A stretch of 57,196 nucleotides of DNA from Acetobacteraceae bacterium. GTDB taxonomy: Bacteria > Pseudomonadota > Alphaproteobacteria > Acetobacterales > Acetobacteraceae. The notes below the pieces were generated by a model. That model made no database searches and was not told the origin of the DNA. It was given only the letters and a program-made list of their open reading frames with translations. The stretch is taken from positions 1 to 57,196 of the forward strand of contig JANWXJ010000255.1 of assembly GCA_025055335.1 (NCBI GenBank), in the 5' to 3' direction. Positions 36,401 through 45,980 of the stretch are shown here, piece after piece; the first letter of the stretch is position 1; every line of letters begins with the position of its first letter. A program made the position numbers and the translations under genes.

Positions 36401-37369
36401 GTGAACGGACTGGATCTGCTGATCACCAACCTGCTCTCGCCGATCGTGCTCGCCTTCCTGCTCGGCACGCTCGCAGGCTTCCTCCGGAGCGAGCTCGAGC
36501 TGCCCGAACCCGTGCTCAAGCTGATCTCGATCTACCTGTTGTTCTCGATCGGGCTGACGGGCGGGCGCGAGCTTGCCCATGCCGAAGGCGCAACCCTCGG
36601 GCCGCTGATCGGCGTGACCGTGCTGCTGACGGTGGCGCTGCCCGTCGTCACCTTCCTCGTGCTGCGCCGGCTCGGGGGCTTCGATGCGGCGAACGCCGCA
36701 GCGGTCGCGGCGCATTACGGCTCGGTCTCCTCCGTCACCTTCTTCGCCGCCCTCGCCTTCGCGCGCAGCGTGGAGGCGGCGCCGCAGGCGCCGATGGCGG
36801 CCGTGGTCGCCATCATGGAATGGGCGGTGATCATCTCGCTGCTGCTCGCCCGGCTCTCGATGGGGAAGGGCAACGGCAGGGGCCTGCAGGCGGTGCTGAT
36901 GGACACGCTGCGCGGGCGGGGCATCCTGCTGCTGACGGGGGGGATGCTGATCGGCGCGCTCGCCACCGACTCGCAGTGGCGGCAGATCGCGCCGTTCTAC
37001 GAGGGGCTGTTCCGCGGGATGCTCATGCTGTTCCTGCTCGAGATGGGCATGACGGCGGCGCGCCAGGTGCGGGACTTCGCCAAGGTTGGCGTGTTCCTCA
37101 CCGGCTTCGCGGTGGCCGCACCGGTGTGCTTCGGGCTGGCCGGGCTGCTTGCCGGACACATGATCGGGCTCGACAAGGGCAGCGCCTTCGTGCTGGCCGC
37201 CGTCTGCGCCTCCTCCTCCTACATCGACGCGCCGGCGGCCTGCCGGGCGGCGCTGCCGGAGGCGAGCCCGGGGATCTACCTCACGGCCTCGCTCGGCATC
37301 ACCTTCCCGTTCAACCTGCTGGCCGGCCTGCCGCTCTACTGGGCGGCGGCGGGGTGGCTGTACGGCTGA
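36401..37369 (+). CDS. SbtA-like sodium-dependent bicarbonate transporter family permease
   Basis: Polytopic, about 10 TM. LLSPIVLAFLLGTLAGFLRSELELPEPVLKLISIYLLFSIGLTGG and AAHYGSVSSVTF resemble the Sbt_1 family. GTG 36401 has AAGGAA 7 nt upstream (alternative ATG 36365). Confidence 0.72.
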   Translation: MNGLDLLITNLLSPIVLAFLLGTLAGFLRSELELPEPVLKLISIYLLFSIGLTGGRELAHAEGATLGPLIGVTVLLTVALPVVTFLVLRRLGGFDAANAAAVAAHYGSVSSVTFFAALAFARSVEAAPQAPMAAVVAIMEWAVIISLLLARLSMGKGNGRGLQAVLMDTLRGRGILLLTGGMLIGALATDSQWRQIAPFYEGLFRGMLMLFLLEMGMTAARQVRDFAKVGVFLTGFAVAAPVCFGLAGLLAGHMIGLDKGSAFVLAAVCASSSYIDAPAACRAALPEASPGIYLTASLGITFPFNLLAGLPLYWAAAGWLYG

Positions 37370-37383
37370 GCGCGGGCCGACGC

Positions 37384-38052
37384 TCAGGCGGCGACGGCCA
37401 GCGCCGCTTTCGCCGCCTCCCACCGAGCCGCCCGCTCCTCGATCCCGCGCCCGGCGGGATCGAGCACATAGGCGATGCGGTCGAAATCGGCGCGGGTGCC
37501 GGAATCGGCCAACTCGTTCAGCCGCCGCCAGGCCCAGAGCCAGGCGGCCGCCTCGGCGGCCACCTCGGGCTCCGCCGCCAGCTCCGGCCGGGCGATCAGG
37601 TCCACCCCGATGTTGCGCGAGGCGAGGGCGTAGGCGTCGCGCCCCTCGAGCGGCAGCAGGCCGCGGCGGCGGAAGCGCCAGCCGTCATCCGAAGGCCAGG
37701 AGGCGTTGCCGAGCCGCCCGCCGAACAGCACCGAGGCGATCTGCCGCCGGTCGGCCCCGCCGAGGGCGGCGGCCAGCGCTTCGGCCTTCGCCTCGGGCGA
37801 GGCGCCGCCCATGAAGGGCGAGGCGGCGAGGGCCGGGCGGCAGCAGCCGAGGATCTCGGCCGTGTCGGTCCAGGCGAAATCCTCCTCGAAGCGGGTGAAG
37901 CCCGCCGTCTCGAAGGCGCATTGCGCGAGGAAGGCCGCCTGCCGCGCCGGCGTGTCCACGCCCCAGCGAGCCCAGGCGTCCTGCAGCGGCCCGAACAGCG
38001 GCACGGCGCCTTCCGCACCGCCGGTCGCCGCGCGAAACGTCGCGAGATCCAT
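37384..38052 (-). CDS. Glycoside hydrolase family 19-like (predicted chitinase/lysozyme)
   Basis: RQAAFLAQCAFETAGFTRFEEDF...GRGLLPLEGRDAY pattern of COG3179-type GH19 proteins. No signal peptide seen. Confidence 0.7.
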   Translation of the reverse strand: MDLATFRAATGGAEGAVPLFGPLQDAWARWGVDTPARQAAFLAQCAFETAGFTRFEEDFAWTDTAEILGCCRPALAASPFMGGASPEAKAEALAAALGGADRRQIASVLFGGRLGNASWPSDDGWRFRRRGLLPLEGRDAYALASRNIGVDLIARPELAAEPEVAAEAAAWLWAWRRLNELADSGTRADFDRIAYVLDPAGRGIEERAARWEAAKAALAVAA

Positions 38053-38167
38053 GTGCTTGCCGCTCCCTGCCGACCGGGGGGGGGCGCCGACTCGACGCCC
38101 CGCCCGCCGCAGCGTGGCAGGATTCAGGCGGCCCGCGCTACCGCGCGGCGGCGCGGCCGCCGGGTGG

Positions 38168-38875
38168 TCAGGCCGCCGCCTCCACCAGCACCACCTCGGC
38201 GTCCTCGGTGGCCGTCACGGTCAGCCGTTCCTCGTCGCGCACGGCCACCCCGTCGCGGGCGCCAGCGGCAATGCCGTTCACCGTGATCCGCCCCCTGGCG
38301 GGCACGAGGTAAGCGACCCGGCCCGGCGCCAGCGCAAGCGCCGCGCTCTGCCCGGGCTTCAGCGCCGCAGCCATCACCGCCGCATCGGCGTTGATCGGCA
38401 GCGCGCCCGAGCCGGCATCGGCCGCACGGCCCGAGGCCAGCACCTCGAACGCGCCGTCGCGGTTCTCCTTCGGGAAGCGCTTCGTGCCCCAGTTCGGCCT
38501 GGCGCCGCGCAGGTCGGGGATGATCCAGATCTGGAAGATCCGCGTCGGCACCGTCTCGAGGTTGTATTCGCTGTGGATCACGCCGGTCCCGGCGCTCATG
38601 ATCTGCACGTCGCCCGCCTCGGTGCGGCCCTCGTTGCCCATGCTGTCGCGGTGGGTGATGGCCCCCTCGCGGACATAGGTGATGATCTCCATGTCGCGGT
38701 GCGGGTGCGGGTCGAAGCCGGCGCCGGGGGCGATCTCGTCGTCGTTCCAGACGCGCAGCGCTCCCCAGTGGACGCGCCTCGGATCGTGGTAGGAGGCGAA
38801 GGAGAAGTGGTGCCGCGCCTTGAGCCAGCCGTGGTCGGCGCCGCCCAGGCTCGAGAAGGGGCGAAGCTCGATCAT
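38168..38875 (-). CDS. Pirin family protein
   Basis: GFDPHPHRDMEIITYVREGAITHRDSMGN cupin metal motif. Start moved to ATG 38875 (MIELRPF...), which has GGAGGA 7 nt upstream. The track start is 38890. Confidence 0.88.
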   Translation of the reverse strand: MIELRPFSSLGGADHGWLKARHHFSFASYHDPRRVHWGALRVWNDDEIAPGAGFDPHPHRDMEIITYVREGAITHRDSMGNEGRTEAGDVQIMSAGTGVIHSEYNLETVPTRIFQIWIIPDLRGARPNWGTKRFPKENRDGAFEVLASGRAADAGSGALPINADAAVMAAALKPGQSAALALAPGRVAYLVPARGRITVNGIAAGARDGVAVRDEERLTVTATEDAEVVLVEAAA

Positions 38876-39046
38876 GTCGGGATCCTCCATCCGGCCGGCG
38901 CTGGGCCGGCCGCCTTGTCCGGCGGCGGAGGTGGGGATCGCCGGGCGCCGCGGAACCCCGCTTCGGGCGATGACGGCGATCGGCGCCGGTGATGACGCGC
39001 CGGGCCGAGGGCGCCGCCGGCGGGCCGGGCGGGGCCGCCGCCCGCG

Positions 39047-40015
39047 CTACTGCTCGGCGCGGATGCCCTGGCGGCGCACGAGCGCCGTCGTCCGCTCCCG
39101 GTCGGCGGCCATGAAGGCGCCGACCGCCTCCGGGGTGGCCAGCATCGGCTCGATGATCAGGCTGCGCCAGCGCCCGGCCACCGCCGAGTCCGAGAGCGCG
39201 TCGTTGATCGCGGCATTGAGCGCAAGGATCGCCTGCGGCGGCGTGCGCGCCGGCGCCACGATGGAGGCCCAGCCGGGATGCACGAGATCCACCCCCTGCT
39301 CGCGCAGAGTCGGCACATCGGGCAGCACGGGCTGGCGTTCGGCGGTGGTGACGGCAAGCCCCCGCACGCGCCCCGCCTCGATCGCCCCGCGCGCGGCGGC
39401 GAGGCTGTCCACCATCGCCTGCACCACGCCGGCGGCAAGGTCGGCCTGCGCCTGCGCCGCGCCGCGGTAGGGCACATGCTCCATCCGGAGGCCGCCCGCC
39501 GCTTCCAGCACCAGCGCCATCACCAGGTGGTTCGTCGAGCCGATGCCGGCCGAGCCGTAGTTCAGCGCGCCCGGCCGTTCCCGCACGAGCGCGAGGAACT
39601 CGCGCAGGCTGGCCGGCATCGAGGGATGGGCGGTGATCACCAGCGGGAACAGCCCGAGCATCGCGACGGGCGCGAAATCCGCCGCCACGTCGTAGGGCAG
39701 CGCGACGCCGAGCGCGGGGGCGGCGGCGAAGCCCGCGGCGGTGGCGACCAGCAGCGTATGCCCATCCGGCGCGGCGCGCGCCGCCGCCTCGCCGGCCACC
39801 GCGCCGTTGGCGCCGGGGCGGTTGTCCACGATCACGGGCTGGCCGAGGCGCGGCGGCAGCACCTCTGCGAGCGCGCGGGCGGCGATGTCGGTGCCGCCGC
39901 CCGGCGGGAAGGGAACGATCAGCCGGACGGGGCGGTCGGGCCGCCAGCCGGGGGCCTGGGCGGCGGCGGCGAGCGGCGCGAGCGCGGCCGCGGCAAGCAG
40001 GAGGCGGCGACGCAT
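39047..40015 (-). CDS. Tripartite tricarboxylate transporter substrate-binding protein (Bug/TctC family)
   Basis: Signal peptide, then [22 protein letters not shown], the family hallmark. ATG 40015 shares 1 nt with the usp stop. The track start at 40024 is a GTG. Confidence 0.88.
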   Translation of the reverse strand: MRRRLLLAAAALAPLAAAAQAPGWRPDRPVRLIVPFPPGGGTDIAARALAEVLPPRLGQPVIVDNRPGANGAVAGEAAARAAPDGHTLLVATAAGFAAAPALGVALPYDVAADFAPVAMLGLFPLVITAHPSMPASLREFLALVRERPGALNYGSAGIGSTNHLVMALVLEAAGGLRMEHVPYRGAAQAQADLAAGVVQAMVDSLAAARGAIEAGRVRGLAVTTAERQPVLPDVPTLREQGVDLVHPGWASIVAPARTPPQAILALNAAINDALSDSAVAGRWRSLIIEPMLATPEAVGAFMAADRERTTALVRRQGIRAEQ

Positions 40016-40890
40016 CAGCGGCACATCTGCACCGGCAGATCGGCGTTCTCGAGCACATGGCGCGTGACGCCGCCGAGGATCAGCTGGCGCAGGCGGGAAT
40101 GGCTGTAGGCCCCCATCACCAGCAGATCCGCCCCGAAATCGCGCGCCGCGCCGAGCAAGCCCGCGCCCACCTCCTTCGTCAGCGGCTTGAAGGGCATCAG
40201 TTCGCAGGAGATCTCGTGCCAGTGGAGATAGGCCGCGATGCCTTCGGCCGTCGGCCCGCGGCGCTGGTAGTCCTCGGAATGGAGGATGCGCACGGCGCTC
40301 GCGCGGTGCAGCCAGGGCAGGGCGGCGGCGACGGCGGCGGCGCTCTCGGCGCTGCCGTTCCAGGCGACGCAGACGCGGGTGCCGATGCTGGCGGGCGGCT
40401 CGCGCGGGGCCATCAGCACGGGCCGGCCGGAATCGAACAGCACGGCATGCAGCGCATCCGAGGAGGAGACGTCCTCCCCCGCCTCGGGATGCGCGACGAC
40501 GGCAAGGTCATAGAGGCGGGACTGCTGCGCGACCAGATCCTCCTCCCGGCCCGCGACGGATTCGAAGGAGAGCGTGGCTCCCGGCGCCTTGCGCGCCGCC
40601 TCGGCGCTCTCGGCGATCGTCACGTCCTTGCCTTGGACGAAGCGGTCGAAGAGGGCGCGCACGCGGGCGGCGCGCTCCCCGGCCTCGCGCTCGGTCGCGG
40701 CCATCATCTCCTCGATCATCGCGCCCGACAGGCCTTCGCCGGCAAGCGGCGCGACGTCCCGCGCATCCACCCGCACATGCAGGCAATGCACATGCGCGTT
40801 CCAGATCTTCGCCACCATCAGCGCCGTGTGCAGCGCCGCCTCGCCGGCCGCCGTGCCGGTGAGCGGCAGCAGGATCCTGCGGAATGCCAT
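40015..40890 (-). CDS. Tandem universal stress protein (UspA family)
   Basis: Two Usp domains. The C-terminal ATP-binding type motif is [22 protein letters not shown]. Confidence 0.85.
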   Translation of the reverse strand: MAFRRILLPLTGTAAGEAALHTALMVAKIWNAHVHCLHVRVDARDVAPLAGEGLSGAMIEEMMAATEREAGERAARVRALFDRFVQGKDVTIAESAEAARKAPGATLSFESVAGREEDLVAQQSRLYDLAVVAHPEAGEDVSSSDALHAVLFDSGRPVLMAPREPPASIGTRVCVAWNGSAESAAAVAAALPWLHRASAVRILHSEDYQRRGPTAEGIAAYLHWHEISCELMPFKPLTKEVGAGLLGAARDFGADLLVMGAYSHSRLRQLILGGVTRHVLENADLPVQMCR

Positions 40891-40941
40891 GCGGATGGTC
40901 CCCCCTCTCCGCGCCTCGGTCGTGCCAACTCTAGCACAGGG

Positions 40942-42423
40942 TCAGCCGGGTTCGTCCAAGGGGAGCAGGCCGAGCGCGGCGCGCGCCGCGGGCAGCGGAT
41001 CCGACGTGGCGTCGAGCACCTGCCAAGACAGCGCCCCGGGATCGGCACGCAGCGCCTGCCGCAGAACCGTCACATCGGCGTCCGAGGCATCGCCGGAGCG
41101 GGCGGAAACCCTGGCTTCCAGCACCTCGGCCGGGGCCGAGAGCCACAGACCGTCGAAGCGCGCGGCACCCGCCGCCGCCTCGATGCCCGCGCGCATCGCC
41201 GGATCGAGGAACATCGCATCGGCGATCACCGACTGGCCGCCCGCAAGCGCGATGCGGGCCATCATGAAAAGTTCGTCATGCACGCGCGCGCTCGCCTCGC
41301 GCGTGTAGGCCGAGGGCGGCAGCCGCGTCTCGGGGGGGACGCCGTGCTGGCGCTTGCGGATCTCGTCGCTGCGCAGATGCAGCGCCCCGGGCGCGGCGCC
41401 GAGCAGCGGCGCGAGCGCGCGGGCGAGCCGCGTCTTGCCCGTGCCCGTCACGCCGCCGACGGCGACGAGGCGGGGCGGCACCGGCCGCAGCGCATCCTGC
41501 GCGAAGGCGAGGTAGCGCGCCGCATCCCGCCCCGCCGCGGCCAAGGCATGCGCCCGCACCATCGCGCGGGTGGAGAGCCACAGCGCCAGCCCCGCGCAGA
41601 GGCCGGCATCGCCGGTACGCGCCACGTAGCGGGCGAACACCCGGTTCGCCGCCGCGCGGCCGGCGCGCAGCTCGAGGTCCATCAGCAGGAACGCAAGGTC
41701 GTAGCCGGTGTCGGTGGTGGCGAGCGCCTCGTCGAACTCGAGCGCGTCGAACGGCACGGGCCGCCCCTGCCAGAGCGCGAGGTTGCCGAGATGCAGATCC
41801 CCGTGGCAGCGGCGGAGGAACCCCGCCGCGGCGCGGGCCGAAAGCGCCGGGGCGATGGCCTCGAGCCGCGCGCAGGCGGCGGCGTGCCACGCCCGCGCCG
41901 CCTCAGCCGGCAGCCCGGCGGCGAGCGCGCTGGCAAGGTTGCCGTCCAGCACCCGGCGGAAGGCGGCCGGCGCATCGGGCAGCGCCACGCGCGGGGCGGC
42001 GGCGTGCAGTGCTGCCACCGCATCGGCGAGCGAATCGAGGAGTGCGGGAGAGAGCCCCCCGCGCGCCGCCACCGAGTCGAGGAAATCCCCGGGCGGGATC
42101 GGCGCCATCTCGACCAGCGTCTCCACTGCCTCGCCCGCGCCGTCGAGCGAAAGCGCCCCGTCCGCCCCCCGCGTGACGCGCCGGAGCCCGCGGTAGAGCC
42201 CGGGCGCATGCGGGGCGTTGAGCGCGATCTCGCGCTCTGCGAGCGCGGCGCGGCGCGCGGGGTCGGTCTGGTCGAGGAAGGGCAGGCGCACCGCCTTGCG
42301 CAGCTTCAGCACCCGCCCGGGCCCGACGAACACCGCCGAGATGTGCGTCTCGACCGGCCGCGCCGCCCCCGTGGCCTCGGCGCAGAGGGCGGCAACCGCG
42401 GCCTGGGCGGGCGGGATCGTCAC
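40942..42423 (-). CDS. Fusion of an aminoglycoside-phosphotransferase-like kinase domain and a P-loop (AAA_33-type) kinase domain
   Basis: N-terminal half has [10 protein letters not shown] (APH/ePK catalytic loop). C-terminal half has [12 protein letters not shown] Walker A. GTG start forms a GTGA overlap with the pdxH stop. Confidence 0.8.
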   Translation of the reverse strand: MTIPPAQAAVAALCAEATGAARPVETHISAVFVGPGRVLKLRKAVRLPFLDQTDPARRAALAEREIALNAPHAPGLYRGLRRVTRGADGALSLDGAGEAVETLVEMAPIPPGDFLDSVAARGGLSPALLDSLADAVAALHAAAPRVALPDAPAAFRRVLDGNLASALAAGLPAEAARAWHAAACARLEAIAPALSARAAAGFLRRCHGDLHLGNLALWQGRPVPFDALEFDEALATTDTGYDLAFLLMDLELRAGRAAANRVFARYVARTGDAGLCAGLALWLSTRAMVRAHALAAAGRDAARYLAFAQDALRPVPPRLVAVGGVTGTGKTRLARALAPLLGAAPGALHLRSDEIRKRQHGVPPETRLPPSAYTREASARVHDELFMMARIALAGGQSVIADAMFLDPAMRAGIEAAAGAARFDGLWLSAPAEVLEARVSARSGDASDADVTVLRQALRADPGALSWQVLDATSDPLPAARAALGLLPLDEPG

Positions 42424-43010
42424 GGGTAGAGAAGGCCGCTCCGCCAGCCCTCGCCCTCGCGGGTGAACAGCAGCCGCTCGTGCAGGCGGAAGGGCCTCTC
42501 GCGCCAGAACTCGATGCGCTCGGGCGTCAGGCGGAAGCCGGACCAGTGGGAAGGGCGCGGGATGTCCTCGCCGGGGAAGCGGGAGTCGAAGGCCTCGACC
42601 GCCGCCTCGAGCTCGCTCCGCGAGCCGAGCGGCTGCGACTGCCGCGAGGCCCAGGCGCCGATGCGGCTGAGCCTCGGGCGGGAGGCGTAGTAGGCATCCG
42701 CCTCCTCGGGCGCGACGGGGGCGAGCGGCCCCTCGATCCGCACCTGCCGGCCGAGGCTCTTCCAGTGGAACAGCAGCGCGGCGCGGGGGTTGGCCGCGAT
42801 CTCCCGGCCCTTGCGGCTCTCGAGGTTGGTGTAGAACACGAAGCCCCTAGCGGGCGCACCCTCGGGGTCGAGGCCCTTGAGCAGCACCATGCGGGCGGAG
42901 GGGGCACCATCGGGTGTCGCGGTGGCGAGGCACATGGCGTTCGGGTCGTTCGGCTCCGCCGCCTCGGCCTCGGCGAACCAGTCGGAGAACAGGGCGAAGG
43001 GATCGGTCAT
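42420..43010 (-). CDS. pdxH: Pyridoxamine 5'-phosphate oxidase
   Basis: [35 protein letters not shown] 43010 (MTDPFALF) chosen inside track ORF 42420..43079. Confidence 0.9.
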   Translation of the reverse strand: MTDPFALFSDWFAEAEAAEPNDPNAMCLATATPDGAPSARMVLLKGLDPEGAPARGFVFYTNLESRKGREIAANPRAALLFHWKSLGRQVRIEGPLAPVAPEEADAYYASRPRLSRIGAWASRQSQPLGSRSELEAAVEAFDSRFPGEDIPRPSHWSGFRLTPERIEFWRERPFRLHERLLFTREGEGWRSGLLYP

Positions 43011-43111
43011 CGGCGGCTCCGGTGCGCCCCGGGCTTGCCGGGACATGGCGGGTGTGCCATTCGCCCCGGGCTCCGGCAACCGCCGCCCGCCCCTTCCGAC
43101 GAGCCACGACC

Positions 43112-43954
43112 ATGCCCGACGAGCAGCCGCTTCCCGCCCTCCCGACAGGTACGCTGATGCAGGGGCGGCGCGGGCTGGTCATGGGGGTGGCGAACGACCG
43201 CTCGATCGCCTGGGCGATCGCCCGCGCCTGCGCGGCGCAGGGGGCGGAGCTTGCCTTCACCTACCAGGGGGATGCGCTCGGGCGGCGGGTGAAGCCGCTG
43301 GCCGAGAGCGTCGGGTCCGACCTCGTGCTGCCCTGCGACGTGACGAGCGATTCCGAGATGGACGCCGCCTTCAAGGCGGTGGCCGAACGCTGGGGGCGGC
43401 TCGACTTCCTGGTGCATGCCATCGGCTTCGCCGACAAGCAGTATCTGCGCGGCCGCTACCTCGACACCCCGCGCGAGGCGTTCCTGCAGGCGCTCGACAT
43501 CTCCTGCTATTCCTTCGCCGCCGTGGGGCGCCGGGCGGCGGCGCTGATGGGCGAGGGCGGCGCGCTGCTGACCCTCACCTACTACGGCGCCGAGAAGTGG
43601 ACGCCGCACTACAACGTGATGGGGGTGGCGAAGGCGGCGCTGGAGGCGAGCGTGCGCTACATGGCCGCCGACCTCGGCGAGCGGGGGATCCGCGTGAACG
43701 CCATCAGCGCCGGCCCGATCAAGACCCTGGCGGCGAGCGGCATCGGCGATTTCCGCTACATCCTGAAGTGGAACCAGCACAACAGCCCGATGCGCCGCAA
43801 CGTCACGCTCGAGGAGGTGGGGGGTGCGGGGCTCTATCTGCTCTCGCCGCTGTCCTCGGGCGTGACGGGCGAGGTGCATCACGTGGACTGCGGCTACCAC
43901 ATCGTCGGCATGAAGCATCCGGACGCGCCGGACCTGACGGTGGAGCGGGGGTGA
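43112..43954 (+). CDS. fabI: Enoyl-[acyl-carrier-protein] reductase (NADH)
   Basis: [39 protein letters not shown] (Tyr/Lys catalytic pair), [16 protein letters not shown]. Start uncertain (ATG 43112 or ATG 43157). Confidence 0.9.
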   Translation: MPDEQPLPALPTGTLMQGRRGLVMGVANDRSIAWAIARACAAQGAELAFTYQGDALGRRVKPLAESVGSDLVLPCDVTSDSEMDAAFKAVAERWGRLDFLVHAIGFADKQYLRGRYLDTPREAFLQALDISCYSFAAVGRRAAALMGEGGALLTLTYYGAEKWTPHYNVMGVAKAALEASVRYMAADLGERGIRVNAISAGPIKTLAASGIGDFRYILKWNQHNSPMRRNVTLEEVGGAGLYLLSPLSSGVTGEVHHVDCGYHIVGMKHPDAPDLTVERG

Positions 43955-44790
43955 ACGGCCGGACGGACCGCGCGCTCGGGGCGTTCCTCGGGCTTGCGGT
44001 GGGCGAGGCCGTCGGCACCACGCTCGGGTTCGCCGAGCGCGACCGACAGCCGCGGCTGACGGACATGGTGGGCGGCGGCCCCTTCGGCCTGCCCCCGGGC
44101 GGCTGGACCGACGACACCTCGATGGCGCTGGCGCTCGCCGACAGCCTCGCCGAGCGCGGGCGGCTCGATCCCGACGACGTGATGCGCCGCTGGGTCCGCT
44201 GGTGGCGGGAGGGGGCCTACAGCCACACCGGCCGCTACTTCGACATCGGCATCCAGACGCACAGTGCTCTGGCCGCCTATGAGCGGACCGGCCGCCTTCC
44301 CGCCCCGACCGACAGCGCCGGCAACGGGGCGATCATGCGGCTTGCCCCGGTGGTGCTGTTCGCGCCCGACGCGGGCGCCGAGGAGGCCGCGCGCCTCTCA
44401 GCCGCCCAGGCCCGCCTCACGCACAACACCGACGAGGCCGCCGACACCGCCGCCGCCATGGCGCGGCTGCTGCACGGCCTGATCGAGGGCGGCGGACGCG
44501 AGGCGGTCGGCCACATCGCCGCGCGTCGGGAGGAGGTGCGCGCCTCCGGCTGGGTGCGTCACACCTGGCACGCCGCCCGCTGGGCGGTGGCGACCACGAC
44601 GAGCTTCGAGGAGGCGGTGCTGGCGGCCGCGAACCTCGCCGAGGACGCCGACACCACCGCCGCCGTGGCGGGGCAGATCGCCGGGGCTCTCTACGGCCTG
44701 TCGGGCATCCCGCCGCGCTGGCTCGATCGGCTGCTGTGGCGGGCGGAGATCGACGCGCTTGCGCGGCGGCTGCTTCCGGCGGAAGCCTGA
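43951..44790 (+). CDS. ADP-ribosylglycohydrolase family protein
   Basis: Lies inside track ORF 42877..44790. GAFLGLAVGEAVG, GGWTDDTSMALALADSL, GNGAIMRLAP, DADTTAAVAGQIAGALYG. GTG start forms a GTGA overlap with the fabI stop. Confidence 0.82.
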   Translation: MNGRTDRALGAFLGLAVGEAVGTTLGFAERDRQPRLTDMVGGGPFGLPPGGWTDDTSMALALADSLAERGRLDPDDVMRRWVRWWREGAYSHTGRYFDIGIQTHSALAAYERTGRLPAPTDSAGNGAIMRLAPVVLFAPDAGAEEAARLSAAQARLTHNTDEAADTAAAMARLLHGLIEGGGREAVGHIAARREEVRASGWVRHTWHAARWAVATTTSFEEAVLAAANLAEDADTTAAVAGQIAGALYGLSGIPPRWLDRLLWRAEIDALARRLLPAEA

Positions 44791-44793
44791 GCC

Positions 44794-45900
44794 ATGTCCC
44801 ACAACACCCACGGCCATCTGTTCCGCGTCACCACCTGGGGCGAATCGCACGGCCCGGCCATCGGCTGCGTGGTGGACGGCTGCCCGCCCGGCATCCCGCT
44901 CTCGGAAGCCGACATCCAGCCCTTCCTCGACCGCCGCCGCCCGGGCCAGTCGAGGTTCACCACCCAGCGCCAGGAGGCCGACCTGGTCCGCATCCTCTCC
45001 GGCGTGTTCGAGGGCCTGACGACCGGCACCCCGATCGCCCTTTTGATCGAGAACACCGACCAGCGCAGCAAGGACTACGCCGAGATCGCCGAGCGCTTCC
45101 GCCCCGGCCACGCCGACCTGACCTACCACCTGAAATACGGCGTGCGGGACCATCGCGGCGGCGGCCGCTCCTCGGCGCGCGAGACGGCGATGCGGGTGGC
45201 CGCCGGCGCCATCGCGCGCAAGGTTCTGGGCAGCGGCGTGATCATCCGCGGCGCGCTGGTGGCGATGGGCGGCGACTGGGTCAGCCGCGAGGCGTGGGAC
45301 TGGGCGGAGACGGACCGCAACCCCTTCTTCTGCCCCGACGCCGCCGCCGCCGCGCGGTGGGAGGCGCGCCTTGCCGCCGCCCGCAAGGCCGGCTCTTCGC
45401 TTGGCGCCGTCATCGAGGTGGTGGCCGAAGGCGTCCCCCCCGGCCTCGGCGCGCCGATCTACGGCAAACTGGATGCCGACCTCGCCGCCGCCTTCATGGG
45501 GATCAACGCCGTGAAGGGCGTCGAGATCGGCGAGGGCTTCGCCGCGGCCGGCCTCTCGGGCGAGGAGAACGCCGACGAGATGCGCATGGACCCGGACGGC
45601 AGGGTGCGCTTCCTCTCCAACCGGGCGGGGGGGATCCTGGGCGGCATCTCCACCGGGCAGCCGATCGTCGCCCGCTTCGCGGTGAAGCCGACGAGCTCGA
45701 TCCTCTCCCCCCGCCGCTCGGTGGACCGGCACGGCCAGGAGACCGAGGTGGTGACGAAGGGCCGCCACGACCCCTGTGTCGGCATCCGCGCCGTGCCGGT
45801 CGGCGAGGCGATGATGGCCCTCGTGCTGGCCGACCACCTGCTCCGCCACCGCGCGCAATGCCCGGACGCGCCGGCCATCGCCCGGCTGCCGCGCAACTGA
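44794..45900 (+). CDS. aroC: Chorismate synthase
   Basis: [39 protein letters not shown] signatures. 368 aa. Confidence 0.95.
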   Translation: MSHNTHGHLFRVTTWGESHGPAIGCVVDGCPPGIPLSEADIQPFLDRRRPGQSRFTTQRQEADLVRILSGVFEGLTTGTPIALLIENTDQRSKDYAEIAERFRPGHADLTYHLKYGVRDHRGGGRSSARETAMRVAAGAIARKVLGSGVIIRGALVAMGGDWVSREAWDWAETDRNPFFCPDAAAAARWEARLAAARKAGSSLGAVIEVVAEGVPPGLGAPIYGKLDADLAAAFMGINAVKGVEIGEGFAAAGLSGEENADEMRMDPDGRVRFLSNRAGGILGGISTGQPIVARFAVKPTSSILSPRRSVDRHGQETEVVTKGRHDPCVGIRAVPVGEAMMALVLADHLLRHRAQCPDAPAIARLPRN

Positions 45901-45980
45901 GGAGTCGCATTCCGCCGCTTGACCGGGTGGCGCGGAAAGCCCTACTCCGGCACTCAACAACAAGAACACGGGATAGGGCC

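Noticed and set aside
33058-36519. 1153-aa minus-strand ORF
   Set aside because: It is antisense to the polyferredoxin and LysR genes, whose Cys motifs and HTH are clear. Its composition is low complexity.
43023-43072. Repeated CGCCCCGGGCT in the pdxH-fabI divergent region
   Set aside because: It has two copies only, low complexity and no symmetry. That is not enough to call an operator.
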